Assembly: GCA_964437465.1 (NCBI GenBank)
Contig: CAYTGI010000001.1
Span: forward strand, 5,614 to 69,613
DNA: 64,000 nucleotides
Reading direction: 5' to 3'
Source of the DNA: an uncultured Candidatus Saccharibacteria bacterium
Lineage (GTDB): Bacteria; Patescibacteriota; Dojkabacteria; J137
Within the stretch, counting starts at the first letter, position 1. Every line of letters starts with the position of its first letter. Positions 49,611-58,893 of this stretch are shown one piece after another. The notes below the pieces were generated by a model. The model was not told the DNA's origin and did not search any database. It saw only the letters and a program-made list of their open reading frames with translations. Made by a program: the position numbers and the translations under genes.

Positions 49611-50504
49611 ATGAGTGATATGGAAAAGGGTGATGATGACCCCAGGCTAACAACCAATGAAATGGTTGCTGTATATGTAGATCCTATTTACAGTTTGGCG
49701 ACTAATATTAACGATTCTAGAGAAAGAATTATTAGTGCAAGAACCGAAACTCCTGACAATATTCCAGATATTGTAATTGAACAATCTTCTAGTGCAGCAC
49801 TACATTCTGAATCAAACTCTTGTTTAATTACAATGAACCCATCACTTCAACAGTTAATATTAGATAAGTCATTGCAATCTAAAGCTGAAATTCAAAATGC
49901 AGCTAAGATTATTCCATATATTGTTGACTCAACAATGATTGTAATGAAAATTCTTGATGATATACACATAACTTTAAGATCTCATTCTGGTAAATCTGAT
50001 ATTCCTGAAATAATTCTTGATTATGTTATGAGTACTGATCAGTTAACAGAGAGAATAAAAATGGCAAGTATATCTAGCGAACAAGAAATTGAATTTTTTA
50101 CTTTAGCACAGCTTAACCAAACAATGCGAGATGAGTTTTTATACAACATAGCAAGTGCTATTTATAGTGCTTCTCATCAAAACCCCAATGAAACACCAAA
50201 GGTTAAGCTTCTTAGAAGAGCATCAGCAGGGTTATTTGGGTTAGGAGTTGCTAGGCTGGCTTACACGAGAGGCAGAAGAGAAGTGGATGATGAAAACTGG
50301 AAAAGAGTACAGAAACGAATTCTTAGATCTAGAGTTAGAATGCTACAAGACCTAGATATTTTAGATACAATGATAACCTTAAAGATCAATAATGGAAATC
50401 CAAATATGATAGCCAGCAATGATGAAATAAAAGATCTATTAATGAAGATGGCGTCATGTAATCCTATAATTGCCATGGATAAAATTCTTTTTGGAGAATT
50501 CTAA
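49611..50504 (+). CDS. Hypothetical protein (297 aa); tandem paralogue of 50600..51472
   Basis: N-terminal LTTNEMVAVYVDPIYSL compares with LHTLELAAVHKDPIEAL in the neighbouring gene. Confidence 0.4.
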   Translation: MSDMEKGDDDPRLTTNEMVAVYVDPIYSLATNINDSRERIISARTETPDNIPDIVIEQSSSAALHSESNSCLITMNPSLQQLILDKSLQSKAEIQNAAKIIPYIVDSTMIVMKILDDIHITLRSHSGKSDIPEIILDYVMSTDQLTERIKMASISSEQEIEFFTLAQLNQTMRDEFLYNIASAIYSASHQNPNETPKVKLLRRASAGLFGLGVARLAYTRGRREVDDENWKRVQKRILRSRVRMLQDLDILDTMITLKINNGNPNMIASNDEIKDLLMKMASCNPIIAMDKILFGEF

Positions 50505-50599
50505 CAGTATAAAAAATGTTTTTTTAACCTAAGAAAATTTGACATTTTTATCTCTGGTAAAATATATTGTTGAGATAGAAAATTTGTTACTATTTTATA

Positions 50600-51472
50600 A
50601 TGTCAGATGAACCCCAGATCGATGAGGATCAGCCTCACTTACATACTCTAGAACTAGCTGCAGTTCATAAAGATCCAATAGAAGCATTAAAAGAAGGTGG
50701 GAAAGTGATATTAGATTCAAGAAAATACAATCTAAGTGTTCGTTTACAAATAGATAGTACTGTTATTGTTAAGTTTGAGGAACTTGCTGATCTCTATGGT
50801 TCAACTACTGATGTTGAACTTGAGAAATTTTATGCCTATTTAATATCCTGCACATATGATCTAATGGATATTTTTGGAGAAACAGGATTTACTGTAGAAA
50901 GAGATCATCCACTGAGAATACATTTATTTTTTGGTGGATCAACTACGGGCGAATTAGATAAGAAATTACTTCATAGAAGGAAAATAACTGATATCGTTCT
51001 TATGAGAGCAGAAGTTGAAAATCTTAAACCATTCCCTCTAATGTTTAAGCTTGCAAGAAGTCTTTACATGTCTAATCAGATAAAGCTTGCAGAAGATAAA
51101 GCTGAAGAAAAGGATGAAAGGCCTCCTGCAATTCACTTTTCTAATTATGTTCTTGATATTATTGCTCTGTTAGCTTGTAAAGCAAAATTCTTTGAGTTTG
51201 AGTTAAGAGATATTCCAAGATATAAACTAACACCGAGAACTTGGGATAGATTGAAAAGTGAACTTCTTGGTAATCCTACAAGGACTGAGTCTGGAGAGGA
51301 TTATACAAACCCTTTATTAAATTATGTCTTTAGTCATCTTGATAAATTACCTTATAATGAGTTTATGGGATTCTTTAGAAATATTGTAAATAAAGATCCT
51401 GAATATCTCTTTAAACTATTTATCAGCAAAAAATCTAGTGATAACCGAAGACCTAAGACCGAAGAATCTTGA
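50600..51472 (+). CDS. Hypothetical protein (290 aa); tandem paralogue of 49611..50504
   Basis: See the previous feature. Confidence 0.4.
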   Translation: MSDEPQIDEDQPHLHTLELAAVHKDPIEALKEGGKVILDSRKYNLSVRLQIDSTVIVKFEELADLYGSTTDVELEKFYAYLISCTYDLMDIFGETGFTVERDHPLRIHLFFGGSTTGELDKKLLHRRKITDIVLMRAEVENLKPFPLMFKLARSLYMSNQIKLAEDKAEEKDERPPAIHFSNYVLDIIALLACKAKFFEFELRDIPRYKLTPRTWDRLKSELLGNPTRTESGEDYTNPLLNYVFSHLDKLPYNEFMGFFRNIVNKDPEYLFKLFISKKSSDNRRPKTEES

Positions 51473-52631
51473 TGAATTCGTAGGTCAAAAACACATTCTA
51501 GGAAAAAATAAACCACTTCGAAAGTTAATTGAAAGTGGAAATATCTCTTCAATGATTTTCTGGGGGCCTCCAGGTTGCGGTAAAACTACTCTTGCAAGAT
51601 TAATTCCTATCTATACAAAAGCTCATTTTGAACCTTTCTCGGCTGTAACTGGAAATTTGGCTGAAGTAAGAAAAATTATAAAAGCGGCTGAAGATAGAAA
51701 GTTAGAGGAGGGTAGAGAGACAATTTTATTTGTTGATGAAATTCATAGATTTAATAAAGCTAGGCAAGATGCTTTTCTTCCATATGTAGAAAATGGAACA
51801 ATAATTCTTATTGGAGCTACAACGGAAAATCCTGGTTTTGAAGTAAATGCTCCTTTAATCTCTAGAAGTAGAGTATTTAGATTTGAGAAACTAAGCGATA
51901 CAGAATGCTTAGAAATTTTCAACAACACTGTTAAAGAGTTTAAAAAGCTTTCATTTGAGAAAGATGCTATTGATTTTTTAGTAGCTTTTTCAGACGGCGA
52001 TGCTAGAAAGATTATAAATTCAATTGAGTTTGCATCAAAAGTTAAAAAAAAGATCAAGCTTAAGGATATAAAAGAAATATTACAAGCAAAGTTCGGAGTT
52101 TATGACAAGGGAGGTGATGCCCACTACGATACAATTTCAGCCTTCATAAAATCAATGCGTGGAAGTAAACCTGATGCAACACTTCATTATTTAGCTAGGA
52201 TGATTGAGGCTGGTGAAGATCCAATGTTTATTGCAAGAAGAATGGTTATATTTGCTAGTGAAGATATTGGCAATGCTAAACCTACAGCCCTTGTTGTTGC
52301 AACATCAACAATGCAAGCAGTAAGTATGATTGGGATGCCTGAAGCAAAGTTAACCTTAGCCCAGTGCGCTACCTATTTAGCTTCTTGCCCAAAGTCTATA
52401 GCGGTAACAGTTGGGATAGGAAAAGCTATTTCTGATTTAAAAAGTATGTCTTTAGATCCGATTCCGTTACACTTGAGAAATCCTGCTAACAAAGTTATGA
52501 AAGAACATAATTACGGGAAAGGTCATATAAGATATCCATGGTTAGAGGGAGATACTGAACAAGAATATATGCCAAAAAATTTAGTAGGTAAAAAATACTA
52601 TGAATTTAATAACTTTTCTGAAAAGATATAA
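51438..52631 (+). CDS. rarA: Recombination factor RarA/MgsA (AAA+ ATPase)
   Basis: [18 protein letters not shown] and [35 protein letters not shown] motifs; probable GTG start. Confidence 0.9.
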   Translation: MITEDLRPKNLDEFVGQKHILGKNKPLRKLIESGNISSMIFWGPPGCGKTTLARLIPIYTKAHFEPFSAVTGNLAEVRKIIKAAEDRKLEEGRETILFVDEIHRFNKARQDAFLPYVENGTIILIGATTENPGFEVNAPLISRSRVFRFEKLSDTECLEIFNNTVKEFKKLSFEKDAIDFLVAFSDGDARKIINSIEFASKVKKKIKLKDIKEILQAKFGVYDKGGDAHYDTISAFIKSMRGSKPDATLHYLARMIEAGEDPMFIARRMVIFASEDIGNAKPTALVVATSTMQAVSMIGMPEAKLTLAQCATYLASCPKSIAVTVGIGKAISDLKSMSLDPIPLHLRNPANKVMKEHNYGKGHIRYPWLEGDTEQEYMPKNLVGKKYYEFNNFSEKI

Positions 52632-52633
52632 TT

Positions 52634-52909
52634 ATGGAGATAATAGATATTTTTGGTAGCATAGGAGCAATAATTGCATTAATAGCATTTATTCTTATTC
52701 AAACTGATAGATTAAAAAATTCTGATTTTACGTATGATTTTTTAAATTTTTTATCAGGTTTTATATTGGCAATTTATGCTTATATAATCGCTTCCCTACC
52801 ATTCCTTATAATTAATTTGGTTTGGGCATCGTTTTCTCTCTTTGATCTTATTTTCAAAGATAGAAAGTCTTCATTTAAGAACGAGTTGAAGTCTTTCTTG
52901 AAAAAATAA
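52634..52909 (+). CDS. Hypothetical small membrane protein (91 aa)
   Basis: Two TM helices. Confidence 0.35.
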   Translation: MEIIDIFGSIGAIIALIAFILIQTDRLKNSDFTYDFLNFLSGFILAIYAYIIASLPFLIINLVWASFSLFDLIFKDRKSSFKNELKSFLKK

Positions 52910-52910
52910 C

Positions 52911-53876
52911 TTATTCTTTTTCAATCCGATCTCCTAGATTTCTAAATATTGTTGTTTCGGATTCAAGTACATATGCACTATCATTAATTTGGACAAGTAG
53001 CTTACTGAAATCTGGAGTAGTAATTTCTAAAGTGTTACTTGCAGTAATATCTATCGGTTCACCTGGAATAAATCCACCTTCAAATCTAACTATTCCGTCT
53101 GACTTAACAACTAAATTACTAACTGAAAGGTCTGTTGAGATAAATGCATTGAAAAAATCAATTTTTTCTTCAGGTTTATAAAGTGTAAAGTTCATCTCAG
53201 TTTTAGATCCTAGAGAGTTTTCTGAAACTATATTAAAACTTGTTTCAAGTTCTGTTGTTGGAAATGATTCGGTTGTAAATGTGTAATCAGAATTAAGAGT
53301 GATAGGAATTGAGTTTACTAATATAGAGCTTCCTTGTTCAACTGATCCTTTAAAAATAATTTCATCTGACTCGTAAGCAATTCTTCCTTCGTATTCACCC
53401 TCTATCTCAAACGGTTCAAAAATATTTAACTCAGGCTTACTGAAAGTTCTTCGAAGAATATTAGTAACAAGTATTCCAACAAATACTAAAACTAAAATTG
53501 AAGACAGAATAACTACATGTTTCTTTGTAACAACAACTTTAGGAAGTTTAATTTTATTTTTTTCAATTTTTTCTTCTATCTGTTCCTCATCATCAAACTC
53601 TATCTTTCTCTTCATATCAATATTTTCATAATCTCTTCTATAAAGTGCTACAATCATCTCATGATTTAACCCAAGAAATTTTGAATAGTTTTTTAAAAAT
53701 CCTTTTGCTTGTACTGCTGAGCTAAATGCTTGGAATCGATTTGATTCAATTATTGAAAGATATTTTTTCTTTATTTTTAACTCTTTTTCAACTGTTTCAA
53801 GGCTTAATCCTAGAGAGGATCTCTTATCTTTTAGAATGTCTCCAACTGTTTGGTTATTTATTTTTCTAGAATGCAT
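52911..53876 (-). CDS. RodZ-like cytoskeleton protein (N-terminal HTH, a TM helix, C-terminal DUF4115-like domain)
   Basis: HTH region QTVGDILKDKRSSLGLSLETVEKELKIKKKYLSIIE, followed by a TM helix. Confidence 0.65.
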   Translation of the reverse strand: MHSRKINNQTVGDILKDKRSSLGLSLETVEKELKIKKKYLSIIESNRFQAFSSAVQAKGFLKNYSKFLGLNHEMIVALYRRDYENIDMKRKIEFDDEEQIEEKIEKNKIKLPKVVVTKKHVVILSSILVLVFVGILVTNILRRTFSKPELNIFEPFEIEGEYEGRIAYESDEIIFKGSVEQGSSILVNSIPITLNSDYTFTTESFPTTELETSFNIVSENSLGSKTEMNFTLYKPEEKIDFFNAFISTDLSVSNLVVKSDGIVRFEGGFIPGEPIDITASNTLEITTPDFSKLLVQINDSAYVLESETTIFRNLGDRIEKE

Positions 53877-53882
53877 GCTTAA

Positions 53883-54176
53883 TTATATCTCATTAGAAAC
53901 TTCTTCTCCTTCACACCTCCTATTCCAGTAATATTCTGGATTTGTTAAAAGATCATTTTCGATACACTCAACATATTCTCTTGAAATTTCATTATTTAAA
54001 ATTCTAGTTTCGATGATGTTTCTAGCTACATGTCCTATAAACTTACTAATCTGATCTGGCTTTGAATACGTATAGTTAAAGTTAGCATGCCATAGTAATG
54101 TTTCAATAGAAGATTTTTCTAGTGTTTTATGAATTTTGTAGAAATCTATTCCATCTCTAGAGCTGAACCATTCCAT
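53883..54176 (-). CDS. Hypothetical protein (97 aa)
   Basis: N-terminal MEWFSSRDG echoes DWFSSRFG near the C-terminus of the upstream glycosylase. Confidence 0.35.
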   Translation of the reverse strand: MEWFSSRDGIDFYKIHKTLEKSSIETLLWHANFNYTYSKPDQISKFIGHVARNIIETRILNNEISREYVECIENDLLTNPEYYWNRRCEGEEVSNEI

Positions 54177-54184
54177 ACAATTTT

Positions 54185-55009
54185 TTAAACATAGGGATTA
54201 TATCCTCTTATGTACTCAAAAAGAAGTTGTCCGGCATATGAAGTATGTTCGCCAAATCTACTTGAAAACCAGTCACGCTTCTCTTCATATTTTTTTAGAT
54301 TCTTTATGTCGTATAGATCTTCTATTATTCTTTCAGACCAACGATCTATAGGAGTTAAATTTTTAAATCCTAGTGAGAAAGTCATTACACAATCTGCTAT
54401 TTTATTTCCAATTCCATGAACACTTTTTAAAGAGTCCAATGTTCTAGGGTAATCATCTGTAATTATTAAAGATTCAAATTTTTTAGCTAAATCTTTTAAA
54501 TATTTTGTTCGATATCCTGTACCGGATTTAGAAATTTCATTGATACTTGCTTTATTAAAATATTCAATGTTTGGAAATAAATAATAGTTTTTACCATCAA
54601 TCTTTATTCTTCTATTCTGTTGAAATTTAAGAATATCTAAAGACTTTCTTATCGCTTTTATATTTTTATTCGAGGCAAGAATAAAGGAAATAATTGTTTC
54701 CTCAAATGGTTGATTTAAAACTCTTATTCCGTTGTACTTTTTATAAGCATTAACTACATGGTTGTCAGTGTTAAATTTATTAACAAAAGCACCTTCATTA
54801 ACTTCTACTCCAAAGTATTTCTTAATGAATTCATAATTATCCTTTTCAGGGTAAGTTTGCCAATACCAATCGCTATTAACCTGTTCAAGAATAACAATCT
54901 TATCAATGAAGCTCCCTATAATTTTTTTCTCGGTTTTTTTCCAAAGAAATGTTTGACCACTAAGAAGTGTTATTATTGGGTCTATTTGTTTTATATCTAA
55001 TTTATTCAC
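54185..55009 (-). CDS. HhH-GPD DNA glycosylase (Ogg-type 8-oxoguanine glycosylase/AP lyase)
   Basis: LKSVHGIGNKIADCVMTFSLGF HhH-GPD motif with an Asp in PIDRW. Confidence 0.7.
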   Translation of the reverse strand: MNKLDIKQIDPIITLLSGQTFLWKKTEKKIIGSFIDKIVILEQVNSDWYWQTYPEKDNYEFIKKYFGVEVNEGAFVNKFNTDNHVVNAYKKYNGIRVLNQPFEETIISFILASNKNIKAIRKSLDILKFQQNRRIKIDGKNYYLFPNIEYFNKASINEISKSGTGYRTKYLKDLAKKFESLIITDDYPRTLDSLKSVHGIGNKIADCVMTFSLGFKNLTPIDRWSERIIEDLYDIKNLKKYEEKRDWFSSRFGEHTSYAGQLLFEYIRGYNPYV

Positions 55010-55019
55010 AAATAATTAT

Positions 55020-55445
55020 ATGACAGATTCACTAGATGAAGAAACTTTAGATATTTCTAAGGATTCAGCTATCTTATATTCTGAAATATTTGGAGAAGGA
55101 GAATATGAAGATGGGAAAACATTAGCTTTACATGCAGTAAACTTACTAAAAAGTAGAAGTGGAAGATATGAAAACATAAATTCAGAATTAAGGACTGAAT
55201 TGATTATTAAAATAGGATTACTTTCTGAAATGATGGATTTTGGAGATAATAGAGCTGAAACAGTCAGACAAGGATTCATTTCTTATCTACTTAGTCTTGA
55301 GAAAGATTCACTATCAGACTACGCTCCTCACGCTGCAATTGAGTATATAACTATTTTTATTGATAGTAAATTTTTAAAGAAACTGCCTAAATTCTTGAGA
55401 GATTCTCGAACAGGTGTATTGAATTTAATCGAATTTGAAAGTTAG
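55020..55445 (+). CDS. Hypothetical protein (141 aa)
   Basis: Open frame only. Confidence 0.35.
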   Translation: MTDSLDEETLDISKDSAILYSEIFGEGEYEDGKTLALHAVNLLKSRSGRYENINSELRTELIIKIGLLSEMMDFGDNRAETVRQGFISYLLSLEKDSLSDYAPHAAIEYITIFIDSKFLKKLPKFLRDSRTGVLNLIEFES

Positions 55446-55504
55446 TTGGTTATTTTAAAAAGAAAGATATTTAACTATAAATGATTTGGTTTAAAGTTTA
55501 TGAA

Positions 55505-55691
55505 GGAGAGATGGCCGCTAAAGAGATTACATCAGAGCGAAGCGATGATAGTAAGATCTTTGTCCTGCGAAGCTAGTAAAGTAGGAAGTGGTTTAAGGTG
55601 CATCGCCTCTAACATGCTCCCGATTATATCGGGGCGCAGGTTCGCCACAGACATGTGTCGTGTCGCCATGATGAATATCATGGTGAATCCT
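55505..55691 (+). other. tRNA-Ser-like element with a 70-nt insertion in the D-loop, a 41-nt insertion in the T-loop and no 3' acceptor strand (pseudo-tRNA or intron-bearing tRNA remnant)
   Basis: Carries the same blocks as tRNA-Ser at 55956, namely GGAGAGATGGCCG, GTGGTTTAAGGTGCATCG, GCAGGTTCG and AATCCT. The anticodon/variable region is 30 nt long, the same as in the intact gene, but its sequence differs. Confidence 0.45.
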
Positions 55692-55700
55692 ATAACAACA

Positions 55701-55954
55701 ATGTACTATATTTAGCTACTAAGACAAAGAATAAGCAAATCTACACTGGTTATACTTCTAATTTAAGAAGGAGAGTAAAAGAACATAAATCTGTCTAAGT
55801 AAAGTTTACAAGTAAAAGATTACCAGTTGAACTTATTCATTACTAAGCCTATCTACTAGAGACAGATGCAAGAAGAAGAGAAAAATATCTCAAATCAACA
55901 GAAGGAAAGAAGATGCTAAAATTACAAATAAGAGACTTACTCCAAGAAATTTGA
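55701..55954 (+). pseudogene. Decayed small GIY-YIG nuclease gene (about 84 codons spread over three frames)
   Basis: Frames read MYYI / VLYLATKTKNKQIYTGYTSNLRRRVKEHKSV* / VKFTSKRLPVELIHY* / DARRREKYLKSTEGKKMLKLQIRDLLQEI*. Together these match the GIY-YIG core (YxYIL...IYxGxTxNLxxRLxEH, RxPxxLVY) and C-terminus; ends 2 nt before tRNA-Ser. Confidence 0.55.
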
Positions 55955-55955
55955 A

Positions 55956-56042
55956 GGAGAGGTGGCCGAGTGGTTTAAGGCGCATCGTTGGAAACGATGT
56001 TTATGTTTATTCATAACGCAGGTTCGAATCCTGTCCTCTCCG
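55956..56042 (+). tRNA. tRNA-Ser (anticodon GGA), class II with a long variable arm
   Basis: Acceptor GGAGAGG/CCTCTCC, anticodon stem CATCG/CGATG with loop TT-GGA-AA, variable-arm hairpin and T-loop TTCGAAT. Confidence 0.85.
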
Positions 56043-56274
56043 TATCTTTTAAATTTGAATCTTTAGATTCAAATTTGGAAGATGGAGATAGAAATGGTTT
56101 GATCTCACGAAGTGAGTTCGGTGCGAAGCACTGCGCAAATGAACGAAGTGAATGCGCTTACATCCTGTCCTCTTCGCCAGACTTCGCTAAAGCTTCGTCT
56201 GGCTGGAATTGAAACTAACACCAAAATCAATTTGAATGTTAAAGTACTTTTATATTGAATTATAAAATTGTCGG

Positions 56275-57603
56275 ATGTTTGGATTAATAGGATTTTGGTT
56301 GTTTCTTAACTTTCATAGAGATAGTATTTTTCCGCTCAGCCAATCTTCTAGCCAAATTTTGATTGCTATTTATTCTGCTTTTGGATTCTTATTGTTACTA
56401 TTTTTTTTCGTAATCTCTAGGAACTCAACATTAAATTTTGATATATCTAAAAAGTATCAAACGATTTTATTACAAAGTTTTCTTTGGTTAAATTTTTTAA
56501 TTCTTGAATTTTCTATTTACAGATTATGGCAAGCGGAGAGTGAACTGATTCATACTGACAAGTTTTATATTGTCTCTGTAATTCTATTTATTTTAACAAT
56601 ATTATCCTCTATAGTAGTTTCTAATACATCAAGGCTTGGAAGGGTCCGAACAATATATTCTTTTCTATTTTTGGCTTCATTAATGAGCATTTCTATAATG
56701 TATCTAGTACCCGCGTCCGCTAAGCTCGGAGATTTAATTCCTATCATTAATGAAATGATCAGCTCTTTATTTAACGGTGAAAATATTTATCAATATTACT
56801 TGCTAGATAATGGAGTAGCTACTCAAGCTGTTCGGCAGCCTGGCAATATCTTATTCTATATACCATTTCAACTATTAGGTATTGATATAAGGTTTGCAAA
56901 TATATTTTATTTCTCACTAACAATATTTTTATTAGTTAATATTTACCAAAAAGAGATTCAACATAATTTTGTTGGTTACTTTAGTATACTTTTATTAATT
57001 TTCTTCCCATATAGAATTTTTAGAACAGATCTATACGATGTACCATATTGGTTTATATTTGTTCTATTTATATATTTTTTTAAAAGAAAAAAAGATTTAA
57101 TAGCTCCTATAGTCTGGGGTTTCAGTATTTTTACTCAGGTTTGGAGCTGGATTTTCACACCAATACTTTTTATTTACTTATATAAAAAAAGAGGAATTAA
57201 AAATACAGCAAGATTCATAGCTATTTCAGGGATTACAGCTTTAGTATTATTCCTACCGTTTGTATTTAATAATATAGATAATTACTACGAGCATGTTTTT
57301 GGTTTTTACAATAGCTCAAGAGAAGCAGGAATAGAATTTGGTTCTAGCATCCACTTAAGTCAAGTCATACAGTTTTTATTAGATTCAAGCATTTTCCCTT
57401 TTCTACAGTTGTTTCAAATGCTAACAATTTTCATTATATTTTTGTTCTTAAAAAAAAATTTACCGAACCTTTTATTTAGTCTAGGGTTAGCTTTTTTTGC
57501 ATTTATGAGTCTAAATACTCATACTTGGCCATATATGTACTTGCTCATTTTCTTGGCTATGATTTTTATTATATTTGAAGAAGGAAGGAGATCTAACACT
57601 TAA
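56275..57603 (+). CDS. Polytopic membrane protein (about 12 TM helices), GT-C-like glycosyltransferase or DUF2029-like candidate
   Basis: 442 aa dominated by hydrophobic helices; identification is by topology only. Confidence 0.4.
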   Translation: MFGLIGFWLFLNFHRDSIFPLSQSSSQILIAIYSAFGFLLLLFFFVISRNSTLNFDISKKYQTILLQSFLWLNFLILEFSIYRLWQAESELIHTDKFYIVSVILFILTILSSIVVSNTSRLGRVRTIYSFLFLASLMSISIMYLVPASAKLGDLIPIINEMISSLFNGENIYQYYLLDNGVATQAVRQPGNILFYIPFQLLGIDIRFANIFYFSLTIFLLVNIYQKEIQHNFVGYFSILLLIFFPYRIFRTDLYDVPYWFIFVLFIYFFKRKKDLIAPIVWGFSIFTQVWSWIFTPILFIYLYKKRGIKNTARFIAISGITALVLFLPFVFNNIDNYYEHVFGFYNSSREAGIEFGSSIHLSQVIQFLLDSSIFPFLQLFQMLTIFIIFLFLKKNLPNLLFSLGLAFFAFMSLNTHTWPYMYLLIFLAMIFIIFEEGRRSNT

Positions 57604-57726
57604 AACTTGCTAATAATTATCTTTTTTAAATTGTAAAGGGTTAAGTATGTATTAAAAAGTTAATATGTTTTTATTACAGTATGATTGCATAATCTAAGAA
57701 ATTTACAGAAAAATGTCTTAAAGATG

Positions 57727-57755
57727 TTGACTTCGTAATTTCACATTCATATACT
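57727..57755 (+). promoter_or_regulatory. Sigma70-type promoter for the pilin gene
   Basis: TTGACT, a 17-nt spacer, then TATACT, about 40 nt upstream of the pilin ATG. Confidence 0.5.
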
Positions 57756-57796
57756 AGTAGTATAAATAGAAATAATTTAATTTTTATGTTTCATTC

Positions 57797-58288
57797 ATGA
57801 ATAACCATGAGGAAAATAACAACAAGGAAGGATTCACATTGATTGAGATCCTAGTTGTAGTTGCTTTGATTGCGATCTTAGCAACAATTACATTCATCGC
57901 TATTAATCCAGCGAGAAACTTTAGAGATACAAGAAATGCACAGAGAAGTTCAGATGTGTTGCAGATTTTAAATGCTGTTACTCAGTACACTTCAGAGCAA
58001 GGAAACGATCTTGACTCTCTTGCTGTAGCTTCAACTACTGTTTGGGGAACAGGATTAACTGCACTTCCACTATGTTCAGCAACTCCTGCGCCAATCGGAA
58101 CCACAGCTGATGTTTCTGTAGATATCTCTGCTGTATTAGTTCCTGATTACATTGTAGGTATTCCATCTGATCCTTCTGTAACAACTGCACCAGGAAATAC
58201 TGGATATACAATCTGTGAAGAAGCTAGTGGTAGAGTAACTGTTGCAGCACCAAATGCTGAATCAACAACTATTTCTGTTTCTAGATAA
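57797..58288 (+). CDS. Type IV pilin (prepilin with class III signal peptide)
   Basis: Leader MNNHEENNNKEG, then FTLIEILVVVALIAILA (G|F cleavage site, Glu at +5). Confidence 0.85.
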   Translation: MNNHEENNNKEGFTLIEILVVVALIAILATITFIAINPARNFRDTRNAQRSSDVLQILNAVTQYTSEQGNDLDSLAVASTTVWGTGLTALPLCSATPAPIGTTADVSVDISAVLVPDYIVGIPSDPSVTTAPGNTGYTICEEASGRVTVAAPNAESTTISVSR

Positions 58289-58362
58289 TGTTGCAAATTA
58301 GCTCCTATTTTTTTAAACTGAAAAGTAGGAGTTTATTTTAATTAATATATAAAATTACTGTT

Positions 58363-58827
58363 ATGGAAAATAACAAACAAACGAAAAAAGGATTCACATT
58401 GATTGAGATCCTAGTTGTAGTTGCTTTGATTGCGATCTTAGCAACAATTACATTCATCGCTATTAATCCAGCGAGAAACTTTAGAGATACAAGAAATGCA
58501 CAGAGAAGTTCAGATGTGTTGCAGATTTTAAATGCTGTTACTCAGTATACTTCTCAACAGGGAAATAGTTTAGATGGATTAGCAACTGCTATCGGGGTTG
58601 TTGGCGGAAGCTTTACAGACTGTGGTTCTGGAACTGATGACATTGGAACTGGTGATGCAGATCTAGCTGCAGCGTTAGTACCTGACTTTATAGTTGGGAT
58701 ACCTCAGGATCCAGACGGAGCAAGTACAGCAGTAGATACATTATATGATATCTGCGAAGAAGCAAGCGGTAGAGTTACAATTTCTGCACCTTCTGCTGAA
58801 TCTACAACAATTACTGTTTCTAGATAA
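58363..58827 (+). CDS. Type IV pilin, tandem paralogue
   Basis: Leader MENNKQTKKG, then FTLIEIL...; about 160 bp (58389-58547) are nucleotide-identical to 57829-57987. Confidence 0.85.
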   Translation: MENNKQTKKGFTLIEILVVVALIAILATITFIAINPARNFRDTRNAQRSSDVLQILNAVTQYTSQQGNSLDGLATAIGVVGGSFTDCGSGTDDIGTGDADLAAALVPDFIVGIPQDPDGASTAVDTLYDICEEASGRVTISAPSAESTTITVSR

Positions 58828-58848
58828 GGAATTAAAATAAAAATAAAA

Positions 58849-58875
58849 GGGCCTCAGAATTGAGGTCTTTTTTTA
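58849..58875 (+). terminator. Rho-independent terminator after the second pilin gene
   Basis: Hairpin ggcctca-gaat-tgaggtc followed by a T7 tract. Confidence 0.6.
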
Positions 58876-58893
58876 TTTTGTATAAACTAAAAT

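Noticed and set aside
53883-54176. 97-aa ORF as a duplicated fragment of the adjacent DNA glycosylase (shared WFSSR(F/D)G)
   Set aside because: Similarity is limited to about 8 residues; the remainder does not align. Probably coincidental or too decayed to call.
55500-56212. Track ORFs 55500..55715 (71 aa) and 55988..56212 (74 aa)
   Set aside because: They overlap the tRNA-like element and the tRNA-Ser gene respectively. The sequence there is better explained as RNA/pseudogene.
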